NCBI GenBank assembly: GCA_965153455.1
Contig: OZ234493.1
Coordinates: 16,544,213-16,608,212 of the forward strand
Length of the DNA stretch: 64,000 bases
Reading direction: 5' to 3'
Origin: Sphagnum compactum
Lineage: Eukaryota
Both the position numbers and the translations under genes were made by a program. Below are positions 39,791 through 53,927 of this stretch, one piece after another (positions within the stretch are counted from its first letter, which is position 1; the number at the start of each line of letters is the position of its first letter). A model generated the notes under the pieces. It worked only from the letters and a program-made list of their open reading frames with translations. It was not told where the DNA came from and did no database searches.

Positions 39791-41724
39791 GATGACATAT
39801 TTATGTGTATGGGCCATTGAACAACTTGTGGTACTAGTAACCATGACATCCACAATTTCAACATGGATAGTGCACATTCGTTTTATCTTGAAACATGCAC
39901 TTGCTTGGAATTATTTTTTAAACAATTTTTTTTCAACTCTTATCGCATATTCACCACCTTAGCACTTCCTTCAACACAAGTGAGCAACTGATGAAGATAA
40001 TGCTACAACATGTGAAGTGTTTCAAATTGTAAAGGTCCACCTCTTTATGTACTGTCTTTTTCAAATTAGTTCATAGATTCATTCAACACAACCACATAAC
40101 CATAAAACTTTGCAATGTCATGTTTTAGCATCCCTCACTTCCTTCCAGGAAAGTAGGTGTTGCAGCTCAACAAATATGTTCTTTTAACTTGTAGTCATCA
40201 CACCCCATCCTAGAATGTGTTGCTTCTTTGCCAATCCCTCATGTTATTGTGAAGGAAGTTGCAACAAAGTTGGCATCCTTCTTTAACAGAAAAAAGTCTT
40301 TCCCTTGAAATAAGGGCATCTGTGAACCATGTCCAAAACAACTAAAGTTGTTGTTGATGCAATGGATGCTCCCTCAGGGCAATGTGATTTCATGAATTCC
40401 AATTCCATGGCCATGGTGCTAATCTTGAATTGAGTTATAATTTGGAGGGCAAAAGAGAGATTTTCACCCATTCCAATCTTGGGCTTTAGAGGTTGGACCA
40501 GATTTGGTGGGATAGGTGAATTGTGACATAAGTCCACAAATTAAAACATAGTGCATGGGTTATTCTATCTTGGTGGAGATGGCTTCACAGTACTTAGAAA
40601 AATAACCAAATTCACCATAGTACAATTGTCATTCTGGATGTTTGAACATTATAGCCGACCTTGTTCTTACAGAGTTGGGGTCACTAGGTACTGGGTGTAT
40701 GAGTCATCCAACTTTGTTTCAAAACCCTAAGAATTACCCAATCTTGCTAAGGCCTGCAAGGATGAAGATCCTGTAAACTTATTTTAGATGTCCATGCTGA
40801 CACAACAAGTGTGCTTCTAAACTCAGAAGTGTACTTCTGAGTCTGATATCCTAGCAATGAATCAGATGACGACGTCATCTCATACTACTAGCATTCCATA
40901 ATTCTGAAGAGAGAAAAGAATGTGCCCCATCCAAGAAACTAACTTTTGAGGGTGCAATGCACACTGGCATCTTCATTGCTGAGAAGCTGACACAGATTTG
41001 AAGAGTTTTTTTACTGTAATAGCTCAGATAGTAGACACCTGACATTTCAGGTGGATTGGACAACAAAAGTTCAATGAATGCATTGAATACAACACACCTC
41101 AAGTGTCAATGTCAACTGCACATCTCACTGTCTATTCAAACTCTTTGGTAGTTGCAAACAAAGTACTTCTGAGGCCTTTAATATTCTCCCCTCCTTGTTT
41201 GCAAATTCACATCCTCAGATCATATCTAAAACAAGCAAATATCACCAGGATGATATCAGATGATGAAAATCAGTCTTGTCGTAACATTACAAGTGTCACT
41301 TGCAAAGTATCAGACAATCAACTTCACTATGAATAGCAATGACTAGCTGCCATGACACCCTACTCACTTCATCAGCTCCCAATAGCGGGTGTAGAGAAGT
41401 ATAAATAAAATAATCCGATTACCCCATTGATCAGTCAGACAACCCTGGAACTTATTTGATAACACAACTACCATCTCTGGCCAGATCATGATATCTGGAC
41501 AACAGGGCATGAATCTTTATTACCCCATAGATCAGTCAGGCAACCTGTTTGATTGCAGGTAGAATTGCTGGGGCAAAGTAAAAAGCTTACAGATTATGAA
41601 TGCACATGTTGTGTACAGTTATTGTGTTAAAAGCCCTTAGATACTTGGTCCTTCCTGTCATATTAGTATTTTTGGCAAGCTGGGTCTCCATGTTGGTTCC
41701 TGCTTGCATTCTCATCCATCCAGT

Positions 41725-44136
41725 TCACCTGGCAATATCCAATCTGTCCAAGAAGTCTCATAACCTGTCCATATGAAGACAAAATCAAAACAACATTGGA
41801 TTCAAAAACTGCAAGCCATTACAACAAGTGGCACATAACCTTCAAAATGCAGAATAGAATGAAATCCTTCTCCAACATTAGAGAGGGCAGAAGCTTTCAG
41901 AAGTTGCAACACTCAAACCCTTTATCTGCCAGAATAATTTCTCCCTTCACCTGACAGCAACACACTTAAGGTCTGATATCAAAGAACATGGATGATTGCA
42001 GTCAGGAAGCCACAAAAAATCACAGCAGCGTAGTGTTGAGCTTAAAATGATGTATGCATCTTGACCATCTTTGGTCATCTTACATCCTGACCAAAGATGT
42101 TAAGAATTTCATGAAAACCACAAAAGGATCAGACAAAAAAAAGGAGAAAACCTTTCAGCAAGGGGAGCCTGAAAAGCTTACCGAACATTTTTGGCAATGA
42201 CAGTGTTCCCATCAGCAGCATCATGGTGACGTAACTTCACCTCCTCCCTACTTCCATCTGTAAACATATGCTGCACATGAAGGAAATTCAACATATGAAA
42301 CCAGCTAAATATGCAAAATCCTGAGCAGGACCATCCGATGCCAACTGGAGTTGTCAAATGGTGTTAAGACAACATGGTCACATGGGGGTCAGCTACACTC
42401 TGACATCACAATTTGAGTTGCACAGAGGACAGAGAACAAAACAAGCTGGTTTCCTTACCTTATAGAAGCAGCTAGTTCCAAAGGGACAGGTTCCATTTCC
42501 ATAGTCAAAATACTTGCAATCAATATCACTGCACACACAAATACACCCCTAACATTCAATTACAAAAACATTGTGCATGTATTTTTACATATGTGTGCAT
42601 CAGGAGCTAAGGTAAAGCATTCTATGTGTTCTCACATAAGAATGCAAACACCTAGAGACCAATAAGGACTTTGGGGTCACCCCTTATGCCTCCATGTCCA
42701 CATGATCTCCTTGATTGCTTGAATTGTTCAAGGGATGGAAAAGGAGGGCGTACACCAGTCATTTAATGTGCAACACACCACCCACCTATGACAAATCCGA
42801 GCACAATCTATATACACAAATATTGACAAATCAGGCACCCAACCAAATAAAACACTGATGGTCACAGCTGGGTGCAGCCACATGACAAGCCTACCAGAGT
42901 GGCTGCGCCAATCTTCCAAGTCAAAATCCAACCAGCTGGCCGGTCATTAGACAGATCCATAATAGGGTGAGTATGACCTTAAAGGGCAATTACATATCAG
43001 GTACCATCTGTCAAGTAGCATGTCAGATGGGTAATAAAACCTCAAGTCGTGATAGGGACATCAAATAGAACAAACAGCTTTAGGTTCTCATGCACACACC
43101 TGAGCTTGTTCTTATAACCGTTGATTATATCCTCCTTTTCTTCAGACTTGAGTACCAAACAACACTTGGGACTATAAAATGTGAAGCTACTCGACAAACT
43201 GGGCAGGCCTGCACAACAGTATCAATGTCCATCCACGTGCATGAGAACCACTCCGCCAACCCCGTATACAGCCAACACAAAATGGATGATCACAGCCCGA
43301 CATTAATCCAAATTTCCGCTCAGCAACTGATGGCTTTGAAAGCACCCACTCCAGACAGACACTGCATTCAATTTCTTGGCTCTTGCGAAGTGCCTCAAGC
43401 TTCTTCTGGTTACGTTCACACTGCTGCCTGTGGCTATCACGTTCTGATGGACGAAATGGATGCAAACAATGCTTCCCACAAGTTGGGCACAAGTCACCAT
43501 GAATCTGCAGGCAGTTATCACCCTGAGGGCATATGCCAGCAGCTGCAAACGCGCAGATTGGGATCTCACTCGGGTCGTTGGACCTTGGCATTTCAATCTC
43601 TTCAACATCCTTTTCATCATCTTCTTCCAGAAATCGGGGACCCAGATTAGCCTTGCCTTCTGTGAGTTGCCAGGCACTTTGTGTATGGGTATTGCTTGAG
43701 CCCTCTTCTGCCCTACTTGTGTCTGGAGATGAGTTAAGAGCTACCACTGAAGGTCTTGGTGGGGAAGGGAGAGGATTATTTGACACTGGATGGGACAGTT
43801 TTACATGCTCATACCTGCAACGACTGCCATAAGAACAAAGGCCACGCTGATAAAATGTGCATACCTGCACATGATCATACAACAATCAGTACACACACAT
43901 GACAGGACCACTGAAAAAACAATGTTCTAATTGAGGGGAAAAACAAAGCCATGCGCAAACTGAAAGCTGTGAGCATAATCTTTTTCCAGAAAGGAAACAC
44001 TTTTAACACATGAAGCTTGTTAGAGGAGAGACGATGCTCTTTACTTACCTGGCTAGCCTGGTCACTCCAGCTATGACAGAACATGCAATCTTCTCCTTTC
44101 AAACACGCTCCATGCATGAAGAACTTGCATAACACC
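41725..44136 (-). pseudogene. MKRN: Makorin-type E3 ligase (CCCH zinc fingers + RING), probably pseudogenised
   Basis: Exons 44136-44049 (VLCKFFMHGACLKG), 43864-43100 ([19 protein letters not shown]...CSVCLE...[14 protein letters not shown]...ACPVCR), 42528-42459 ([21 protein letters not shown]), 42270-42182 and 41764-41725. All junctions GT-AG with consistent phases. 1-nt frameshift at ~43233 and TGA at 41758-41760. Start exon not resolved. Confidence 0.88.
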
Positions 44137-44264
44137 CTGCGCTTGCCATACTTTCCAAACTCCAATCACTCTTGCTCACCTCTAATTTACCTTCTGCAGA
44201 TACTATTGCTTACTACTACTCTTCATCATTAAGGCAGCAGCAACATCGCTGGATCGATACATCA

Positions 44265-44466
44265 AACATCCTATGCTACTAATCTTTTCCACACAGAGAA
44301 GAAAAGAAGTCACAAGTCCAAACAGCAAAACATCCTCAATCCTCTCGACACAGAGAAGAAAGGAAGTCACAGATCCAAACAGAAAAAAACATCGCTCGCT
44401 GCTAATCAATCCTCTCGACACACAGAGAAGAAAATGAAGTTACAGATCTAAACAACAAAACATCCC
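44265..44466. repeat. Three tandem copies of a ~60-70-bp unit upstream of the makorin coding region
   Basis: aatcctctcgacacagagaagaaaggaagtcacagatccaaacag-like unit at ~44281, 44338 and 44408. Confidence 0.75.
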
Positions 44467-44469
44467 ACA

Positions 44470-44761
44470 ATCGTAAACCGCAATAAGGGCCTGCAACGGC
44501 TTGCGCCGCAATCACCAGACAATTCGAAGGAAGACGAAGCCGACGCGTCGAAGAGGTTTTCTGATCTTCTTGGCGTTTGTTTGCTCTTAGGGCTTGTTTC
44601 CTGACGAGATTGCGTCTTCTGCGGTTGTGTGTCCCTGTTCACGATTTCCGTGAAGGAAAAACGAGGGAAATACGGAGCGCAGCGCGACGGAAACGCTTCG
44701 TCTTGCGGAGTCGCACGAGACACGGCGAACGCACCGACGCCAGAAAAGAGAGGGAGAAGAG
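44470..44761. promoter_or_regulatory. CpG-rich shared 5' region (putative bidirectional promoter/UTRs)
   Basis: Strongly CpG-rich island in otherwise CpG-depleted DNA, lying between two divergent genes ~600 bp apart. Confidence 0.5.
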
Positions 44762-45832
44762 ATGGTGTCCTTCTCGTTCAGAATTGCTTCTTCGCCCAGT
44801 TACAACTGCATCATCTCCTCATCTCCATTTCTTAAGCCAATTGCTTGGCGCCTGTCTGCTTCCTGCAAGCAGCAACGCCTTCTTCCGGCGCCTGGTGCAG
44901 CGAAGGAGATGAGGTTGAACATCCACAGCAGCAACAGCAGCAGGAGCAGCACGCCGTTATGTACCACAACAAAAGCCGTCTCCCCTCACCGCCGAGACCG
45001 CTGCTACTGACGGTGAAGGTCGTGAAGCTTACAACAGTAGAGTGTTCCTTCTCTCGTTGTTGGATAAGCTTCTACAATTGCACACAATTTCAGGATTGTG
45101 CTAAAGGGGAAGAGGACGACGACTCCTCCAGGTGGTGAAGAAGAAAGCTGGCAAGCGTTCTGTGCACAGGTGGGAGGTGAATGGGATGGCTATGGAGCAG
45201 ATTTTACGACTCGGGGTGAGCCTCTGGAGTTGCCAAGTGCGGTTTTTCCAGAGACTTTCCGAGAGTGGGGAGTGGAGATCCATGATTGGCAAACGCAGTG
45301 TCCAACTCTTCCGCAGCCAGCACAGAAAGGCAAGCTTTGGTATAAGGTGATCCGTTTGGTTCCCACTGTCGGCTGCGAAGCTGATGCTGCAACCACTTTC
45401 AGTGTGGAAGAGTGCAGCACACAAAAAGGTGGAGCTGCTGCTGCTGCATCAGCACTTGTATATCATAAGAATGGTTCATATACTGCCGTGTGGCGTGGTC
45501 AGCCAACAATCCTTGAGAATCCTGGTCCTGGCCCTGGAAAGCTTGTGGTGCGAGAAGGGGAAGGTTCGGCAGTAGAGCAGTGTCTGGTGCTGCAAGACAA
45601 CAACGGCCGCACACGAGTGCGGGTGCTGCACCAGTTGCTGCCGAGACGGAACTCTATTACAGTATACCGTGAGAGTTGGGAAGGTCCTTTCCGCAATGGG
45701 GAGTCTCTTGGTGGTTGTGCTTCCAGTACCTCTGCCTTTGCTACACAAGCCAGACTTGAAGCATCTTCTCTTGCTGGCAATTGGCATGTGGATCAGTTTG
45801 CAACACAAACTGTTACTGACGCTCCTGCTGCT
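44762..45832 (+). pseudogene. Conserved uncharacterised plastid-targeted protein (resembles Arabidopsis At4g38225, from memory), N-terminus disrupted
   Basis: Ser-rich transit-peptide-like ORF from ATG 44762 stops at 45010. The conserved core GEWDGYGADF..GEPLELP...FREW..EIHDWQTQCPTL...PTVGCEADAA...WEGPFRNGESLGGCA is in another frame (45098 onward). Donor GCT|GTAAGT at 45833. Downstream exons not identified. Confidence 0.65.
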
Positions 45833-46335
45833 GTAAGTGAGGATGTCTCTCTTGCCTTATTGCCTTACAATCTACATGCATGGATTATGTTATTTATCAG
45901 TTTGAAACACAAGCAAACTGCTGCTCCTGCTGCCGTAAGTGAGGATGCAAAAGATGCCATCACTTGCAAAATGCATCTGAATCATGTGAATGAGTTTGCA
46001 ACACAAGCAAACTGTAGCTCCTGCTGCTGTAAGTGATAATTCAAAAGATGCCATCATCAATTGCTTTGCAAAATGCATGAGCATCTGTGACTCAGTTTGC
46101 AATGCAAGTAAACTGCAGCTCCTGCTGCAAAGGAGAAGGAAAGGATGCCATCATGTATTGCTTTGCAAAATGCATGTGGATGATGTAAATCAGTTTGCAA
46201 CACAAGCAAACTGTAACTCCTGCTGCAAGTGAGGATGCAAATGATGCCATCACATATTGATTTGCAAAACACATGCCACGTGTATCAGTTTGCAGTGCCA
46301 GCAAACCAAAGCTCCTGTGTATTGCTTTGCAAAAG
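45784..46335 (+). repeat. Tandem repeat (~6 x 95-100 bp) of the exon end / intron start
   Basis: Unit atcagtttgcaacacaagcaaactg..gctcctgctgct-GTAAGTgaggatgc..gatgccatca..ttgcaaaatgcat. GTAAGT retained at 45833, 45935 and 46029. Confidence 0.85.
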
Positions 46336-46493
46336 TCATGAAGGCCTTGTCCTACCCTAATGAGCTGTTCCGAGGTGAGGACCTTTCACAAATGTGTGGA
46401 ACTTGGTAAATTGTTTCTATTGGATGGGCTGATTGGATTGATAACCATTCTCCTAACTAAAATAAAAAACCCTTAGAAAGGCTCCAAGGGATA

Positions 46494-47990
46494 TTACAAA
46501 TGAGGTTCTTTTGGTGAGGACCAGCTCTTCCTCAATCTAAACTCCCTTAGATCTTGCCATGTCCACCATGAGCTTGTGTCCTCCTTCCAGAGCTGCCCTA
46601 CATGCATTAAACCCCTCTGGTACCATTTTCCATAAATTGTTTCCTTCTTCGTTCCCCATCTGTTGCCTTCCTTTGAGGTGAGAAGGTGGTTTCCATTTGG
46701 GGCTACCTGTAAATTGTTGACCAAGATTTTGGGGGAAGTTGTTCTCTTCCTCTGTCCATTGAGATCCATGCCAAATGGACAGCTTGCCAAAGCGGGGATC
46801 CTTCTTTTTTCAAGCTTAGATCCTGACATTAACCAACATGCTTGTGGTTTCAGATGCCCACCCACGTGGGGCCTAGAGTTTTAAACCCTGTAGCAAATAA
46901 GAGCTTTCCATGGGGCCCATCCCAACTCTAGACCCCTTGGATTAGCTTCACCAGGAGGGGCTTGGCCTGCAGGTGATGAATTAGGACTTTTTAGCAATCC
47001 CTGTGAAATGGGGAGTATGACTGGCACCCAATGAACTCTAGCTTTTGCATCTGCCTCTGAATTTCCTGCCCATAAGTAGTTTCTTACTAGCTGTCTTAAT
47101 TTTTAAAATACTTTTCCAGAGAGGTCTGAACATGAGCATAGGTCCATATAGAGGCTAGAACTACCTGGTTAACTACTAAAATTTTGCATGCAAGAGAAAG
47201 TTTTCTGCCATTTGAGGCCCTCAGCCTCTCCCCATGACCAGTCCTTTTCCTTAGGCAACACCCATACTGCTACAGATTTGGTTAGGTTTAGTTTGGCTAC
47301 TGAGGCTGCCCCAAATTTGTGGAGCATTGCCATTGTCCTTTCTATGTTTTCCTTTGATGCTGCCAAGTAGAAGGCTGTATCATCTGTGAACATTTGGCTT
47401 GTTGATTGAGCTCCATTAGACAAGAGCATCACTAGTACTCCATGCGTTGGGTCTTGAAGCATGTGCCCTAGCACATCCACTGTTAGAAGGAAGAGATAGG
47501 GTGCCTATGGGCAGCCCTGGCTCACTGATCTCTGAAGTTCCATCATAGGTCCTCAAGTGTTGTTGATTATAACTGAGGCTCATGCATTCCTGTATAAGGC
47601 AAGAATCCATGTGATGCATATTTTTGAAAACCCCAATGCTCTTTCATTGTATCTTGCATAACAGCCCAAGAGACTCTATCATATGCCTTCTCAAAATCAA
47701 GTAGCATTATAACTTGGTTCTGGTCGCTCTCCACCACCCACTCCACTGCCTCTGAGGCCATTATAACACTATAATCCAAAATGCTTCTATTTTGAATAAA
47801 TCCAGTCTGTGATGGCAGAATCCATTCCTGAATGTATGGCTTCATTCTGTTTGCGAATACCTTTGCTACTATTTTGTAGACAAAGGTTAGCAATGAGATG
47901 CGTCAGTACTTAGAATGGTTACATCTCCCTGCTTTGGAAGAAGAATTATTTAGCTGGTGTTAAAACTTTGTGGCATTTTACAAACTTCTA
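46494..47990 (-). mobile_element. Truncated, decayed LINE (L1-like) reverse transcriptase
   Basis: YKIVAKVFANRMK..ILPSQTGFIQNRSILD, LLDFEKAYDRVSW, SQGCP*APYLF, FTDDT (YADD-equivalent) and KLNLTKS, spread over several frames. Confidence 0.9.
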
Positions 47991-48988
47991 GAGTCATCTA
48001 TTCTGTTTGTTCTCTGAGATATATGTCAGCAAGTTGGCACAAAGCATTGGGCTGAACTACAACAATTTTATGGTTTCCTGATGGGTTTGTGCAGTTTTTA
48101 CAAATTTTTTATTTTTATTTTTCAAGAATGTCCAATTTTTATTTTTAAAATGCATTTTATAATGAAAAACACATTAAAGTTTCCAAGCTTTTCTCAAAGA
48201 AATATAGTAAAATTGGGTTGGTTGGAATTTCCAACAGGGTTGGATTGGTGATGATAGTTTATTATTGATTTTGCAACACAAAGGTTTCACTTTCGTAACA
48301 AAGACTACAAGTATTTCCCTCCAAATATTATCAATTGTGCATTGCTCTTGCTTTGGCAGCAGCATCTACTATTAATACCTTCACATTCTTGACAACATGT
48401 TTGTAGTTTTGGTGTGATTTCATATAATGTTAACATTTCTTCTAGTTTTGTGTAAAGGTAATTTTTTTGTTTCTGCTCACCATTCTGGGTTCTTCTCAGA
48501 TGAAAGAGAGTATGTTGGCAAGAAAAATTGTAGAAGCTCTCTTAGAACATGAGTAACCCTTTGTAATCAAGGGGTCAAACTAACCTTCTTATTCCACCCT
48601 AACTTACTCAAGTTGTAAAAATTACAAATATTCTTTAAAAACATGGGAGGTTACAAATCACACGATTCATAATTGAATTTTAATGTTTAAAATATTCCAA
48701 CTCAAATAAGAAATGTCAATAACTTACAAACTAAATTGAAGATTATGGATGAAGTTCTTTTATGAAATTCCACTTAACACCATTCTATGCACAGTCTTCA
48801 ACTAGTTTTTGTGCTGCCAAGTAAGAAATTTCCACTAGATAAATCATTGTTTAATTTTCATTGTTTTTGCCTATGGATCCTTGTCATGTTGGATGTTCTC
48901 CTTGTCATCTTGCCTTACTTATTGACATCATTATTACAACTTAGTGCTTCACATATTTTCCCCAACATATGTTACATCTTTTTCATTT

Positions 48989-50480
48989 ACACTTCGAGAA
49001 AAACCCCACATTTGTAATTACATCTTTAACTTGTTTTCAACTACAATTTGTAGTTGAAAATGACAAACTCAATTGGAAATGTTTTTTGCAACTAAAATAT
49101 ATTATTTACAATTGAAAAACACTAGAGTCAATAAGTACAAATAAAAAATAACATTTCAATTGTAAATGTCAACAAGTGTCAACACTTTGCCAATAACCAC
49201 TTTAAGCCACTTTAGTTGAAACAACATTTATCATTGTAATTAAAGGTTATTTAAATGTAACTCTAATGTGGATGAGCTTCATCCATTGATGTTGCATGAA
49301 GTCATCAACATTTTAGTTATAGGTTCAATTATGTTGCGATTAAGCCAAGTAAAAGATTCAACTAGTTCAATGACATGTGGTGCATTCACATCCATAGGTT
49401 ATGCCACTTAAACATAGGGCGCATTTAAACTACATGGCACTTAAACATAGGTCACATAACTTAGGCTAGGCAATGTGGCACCTAAACATATGCCACCTAA
49501 GTTAGGCTAAGTCACATGACACCTAAGCTAGGCCCAAGCATAGGCACCTAGCTAGGAAAAACATACTTCATTTTTGGTTTAATTTTTAAAGTTGAGTTTT
49601 TTTTATTGGTTCATCGCAAATGGAAATTCTATTTTCATGTTTTTAATGTTCTAATACACTTCCTCATATAGTTTAGAAGTTTGAAATAGAAGACACGCAA
49701 TATGGGATAAAATTTTTAGTTGCAATCAATTGCAACTTAATCACAATTACCACCTATTATCAACAAATTACTAGCTACTTAGTTAATTATTACCTAATTG
49801 CCTATTTAGCCTAACCTATGGCCTATTGACCTAGTTTATTACCTATTAATTAATCTAACCTACTAATTAACATAGCTTACATGGGTGGTGCCTAGGCTAA
49901 ACTTAGGGTTATGCAAGGTAACATGTAGGCTTAAACCAGCTAGGCCATGCCATGTGACACTTAGGCTACTTCCAAACCTAGGTCACACAATGTGGCACTT
50001 ATGCTAAGCTTGAACATAGGGCACATGGCATTTAGGCTAGGCCTAAACCTTGGGTACATGGCAATGATGTTAAGCTTTGACATAGGCCATAATGTGTTGC
50101 ACCTAGGTTAGGCCTAGACATTGGCCACTTACTTTAAGCTTAAACCTAGCTAGACTACGTGGTGCATAAGTTAGGCCAAATGACACCTAGCTTAAGCCTA
50201 TGGCTAAGTGACAAAGCACCTAAGCTTAAATCACTTACATACCTAAGCTAGGTATATGTATGTGAGTAAAGTTGTTATGTAAGCTAAGTAAACTAGGTAG
50301 TTTAATGTAATAGATAGTTTAACCTAAATATATAAGTAACCTAAAAGGGTTTAAAGCAGTTTACCTCGATGCAAAGGTCCAAATGTGCACAACATTTCAT
50401 CCACCTAACCTAATTTTTTTCATCCATCCTTGAAACAAGATTACCAAAATAGTTGAACATATGACTTGTGAAGTAGTCAC
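48989..50480. mobile_element. CACTA-derived element related to the one at 9968-11408
   Basis: 49678-49735 (aagtttgaaatagaagacacgcaatatgggataaaatttttagttgc) is an inverted homologue of ~10675-10720. Same cctaggc/ccacatg repeats. Possible degenerate end cacttcgagaaaaa at 48989. Limits approximate. Confidence 0.5.
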
Positions 50481-53400
50481 ATTATCCAATAATTGCACAA
50501 CACTTAATAATATCACATATTTAGTAAAAAAATCAAGGACCTTTCACTTACAAATCAACAAAGAAATTTGTTGGTGCCAAAAATATTTTGGAGGTGGCCC
50601 CCTAGTTGAGGGTCATTTTCACTTGGTCACCAAATCAATAGGGGGATTGATTTATTTGATAATCATTATTCATTTTTAAATATTAAAAAAATATAGTTAC
50701 AATATAATTGAAAATGATATGTAGTTCAAAAAAAAAAACTAAAAAATACCATTTTTTCTTAATGTTATTTTGGATTATAAAGATGAAAAATATTGAAGCA
50801 AACTTCAACTCTCCAGATGTTTTTGCAATGTGTTCATAATCTTTTAATGCAATGTTTGATATTTATTTATTTTGTGTGCATAATGAAATTTTTTGGGATG
50901 GGTATGAATGTGACGAAAAGATATAATAAGATAAAACCTCAATAATGATTGTGAGCAAAGTTTTGCTTCCAACCTATCACCCTCATCTTGACAAAAGAAA
51001 AAAGGACCACATATAACAAGTATACCATATAATTATGCATTTACAATTTATTTAATTTTGTAAAAACTTGTTAGGCTATTATTTCCACATCCATTTTAAA
51101 TCCCAATTTAATTGATATCATATCTTGTGCAAAGTTGATGTAAAACGAGATGTGCACAATGGTTGTAATTAATCTCAATGAATATTTTATTTGTAAATAA
51201 ACCATGAATTCTTAATCTCAATTCACATCCGAAAACAAAGATAACATGAAATTGCTCTTAGTGGATTTATATTGCACAACAAACCATGTTGGTGCAAAAA
51301 ATGGGCCTCCTTTGAAAGCAAGAAAGAAATTGCCTTGAAAAGATTTACCCAAAGATTAATTTATTTTCAAGTATAGTGTAGAATTGTTGGTTTTTTTCCT
51401 ATGTGAGCATTGCTTCATTTTAAAACTTTTGTGCCTTGAAATGTATGAGGCAAATTTGTAACATTTAGAAGCACTTTAAGAAGAATTTATGATTTTTACC
51501 ATGGTACTAATGTAGGTGTTGACTCACCCAAGACATTGAACAACACCTCCTTAACAATTACATTTAGATAGCATACCAATGCTTGTCAATGGTAGTGCAA
51601 AGAAATGCAAAGCACAAGATTACATTTACAATAACATACCAATGCTTATCAATGGTAGTGCAAACCAATGATAAGCACAAGTTAATTTATATATAGCACT
51701 ACCAATGGACTCAATAGGCATTGGACAAAGACAGCTTGATACAAAACTATGTAGAAATGGTCTTCACTTAATTAATTGATTCTCATGTATGATTATAGTT
51801 TTCACAGATGTACTAGAATATAGCAAATCTTGCACTTTTCAATTCATTGGACTTGGTTTGAGGGAGTTGCAACTTGCGGGAACTCCATTGTTGCACATTT
51901 GATAAATTAGCATCTAATCATTAGAAATTGAACTTTTTCTCTCACCTTTAACATCTTCTTTTCCTTTTTCTTTCGTCCCTTTGTACATTGAAGCTATTAT
52001 CAACAACAACAACATGATTAGATAATATTACTCTCACATGTGCCTCTTTACATATTTGTAGATGTTTCTTACAATTGACAGATCCTTGTAAGGAAAACTT
52101 TTGTTTAGTTTCCTACATTTGCAAGGTTTTTCTCCAGTTCTTTCTAGCTTACTTGTAATGGAGCCTTAGTCCCAATTATATGGTTCTAGCCCCCTAATGG
52201 AAAGTTGCAACCCAATATTTCCCCTTTTTTGTTTTGTTGTGGCTTGAAGGTGTTCTTTTATTTATGCCAACTCTCAATCAAATGAGAAAATAAAACTAAA
52301 ACAAAAAGTTGTACTTACATGAACCTCAGTGTTTGTTTGTAGCTCAAAAGAAATGGCAATATTCTTTGCTCCTTTGTTTCCTTACAATGTCATATAATTG
52401 AATGTATCTAAGCTCTGGCACATAGTTTATTGCAATCCAGTTGTGCTTGCTTTGTCTTGGCAGTCAGCTTTTGAGGAGTATGTCAGGGAACTCTGCTGGG
52501 TTTAGAATATAGACATAATCTGTTGTAATGGGCAGTCCCAAGTGGTACTTAATTAGTTATTGCTAAGTTTTCTGGCATTGATAAATTTGTTGTAGAAATC
52601 TCAGCCTCAACATAATTTTTCATGTTTTGTTGGCTATACATTTGGTGGATTCTCCTTTGACCCACTCCAAATCTTGTCATGCAAACTTATTATACTTTGA
52701 GCATCTCCACCCACACCCCCCAATTTGGCTCTCCATGAATGCTTACCACATCCAACATACAGGTCTAATTATTCCCTCATCCTCACCCATAAACAATGAA
52801 CAATTGAAAAGTATAAACTTTAAAGTAAAAGACCATTTACATGTCATCTCAAGGGCCAATCAAAAAACATCTTTTTTGATAGTGGCCCTTTTGGAGATTG
52901 ATATATCTTGTGCATATTTACATATTCAAATTTAATTTCATGCTATTTAAATCCATATTTGTACATGCCATTACACTGTAGTTAGTGGAGATGCTCAGGT
53001 TTTAGGCTTTAAGATTTAGGCCATCACAAGATTTAGGGTTTGAACCATTATTCTTCCAGGTAATGAAGAAAATATGTGACCAATATAGAGTGGTACATAA
53101 TACCCTCATTTCCTCAAGGACCCAATTTGCTGTTTCCAATCCACAAAGTTAGGACTTCATCAGATCTACATGGGTTCCAAACGAGGAAGTCTCATAAAGT
53201 CCTTTTAAAATTTCAACCCAAAAATTTACGAAGACAACACAACAAAATCTAGATGGTTGAAAACTTGGAAATTCCACAATACAAAAGTGATGTGTGGGAA
53301 AGATGTATCTTAAACTTTGACTCTGCACATGGAACTACTCCATGTCCCTCACAGCATGCTTGGATACTCTAACAATATGGGCTTCTTCTCTATATACTTG

Positions 53401-53927
53401 AACTGCTAGTATAGTACAAGCTCTACATGTTCAAGAATTAGACTCTACAAACTTTTGAATCACTACTGGAGTCCAAAATATTTGCATGTTTGAGTGTCAA
53501 AGCTGATCTTGCTGGCCTCGTGGGCAAGTACTTCCTTTTCTCCCTTTTTGTTTCGTGACTTTCTATTCCCCACCCAAATAACTTCTTGGCCAGGCTTTCC
53601 TCCCCATACTGAAGGAGGGAAACTGATCTGAGCTCATTGGCAACAAAAGGGTTTACCACTCCATGTGAATAGTCCCATAGAGCTTTTAGTGGCTAATCAT
53701 ATTTGGTTTACAGCCATGCAATGCAATATTTCCCATGGGTGCAAGCTTTGGATCAAGATTGTACTAACTAGTGCTGGTCTGGTGTAGAGGCTCGCATAGA
53801 GGCCTGCACTTGGTAGCAATATTGGTAGCAAGGACCCTAAAAGACTGGTATGACCTGAGGCAATTCCAGCCTGGTAAGGACTTGAGGTAATACCAGTTTT
53901 ATATTAGTTTGAAGATCAAGGATATAT

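Noticed and set aside
43090-43832. Plus-strand ORFs of 186, 79 and 99 aa
   Set aside because: Antisense or alternative frames of the makorin exon.
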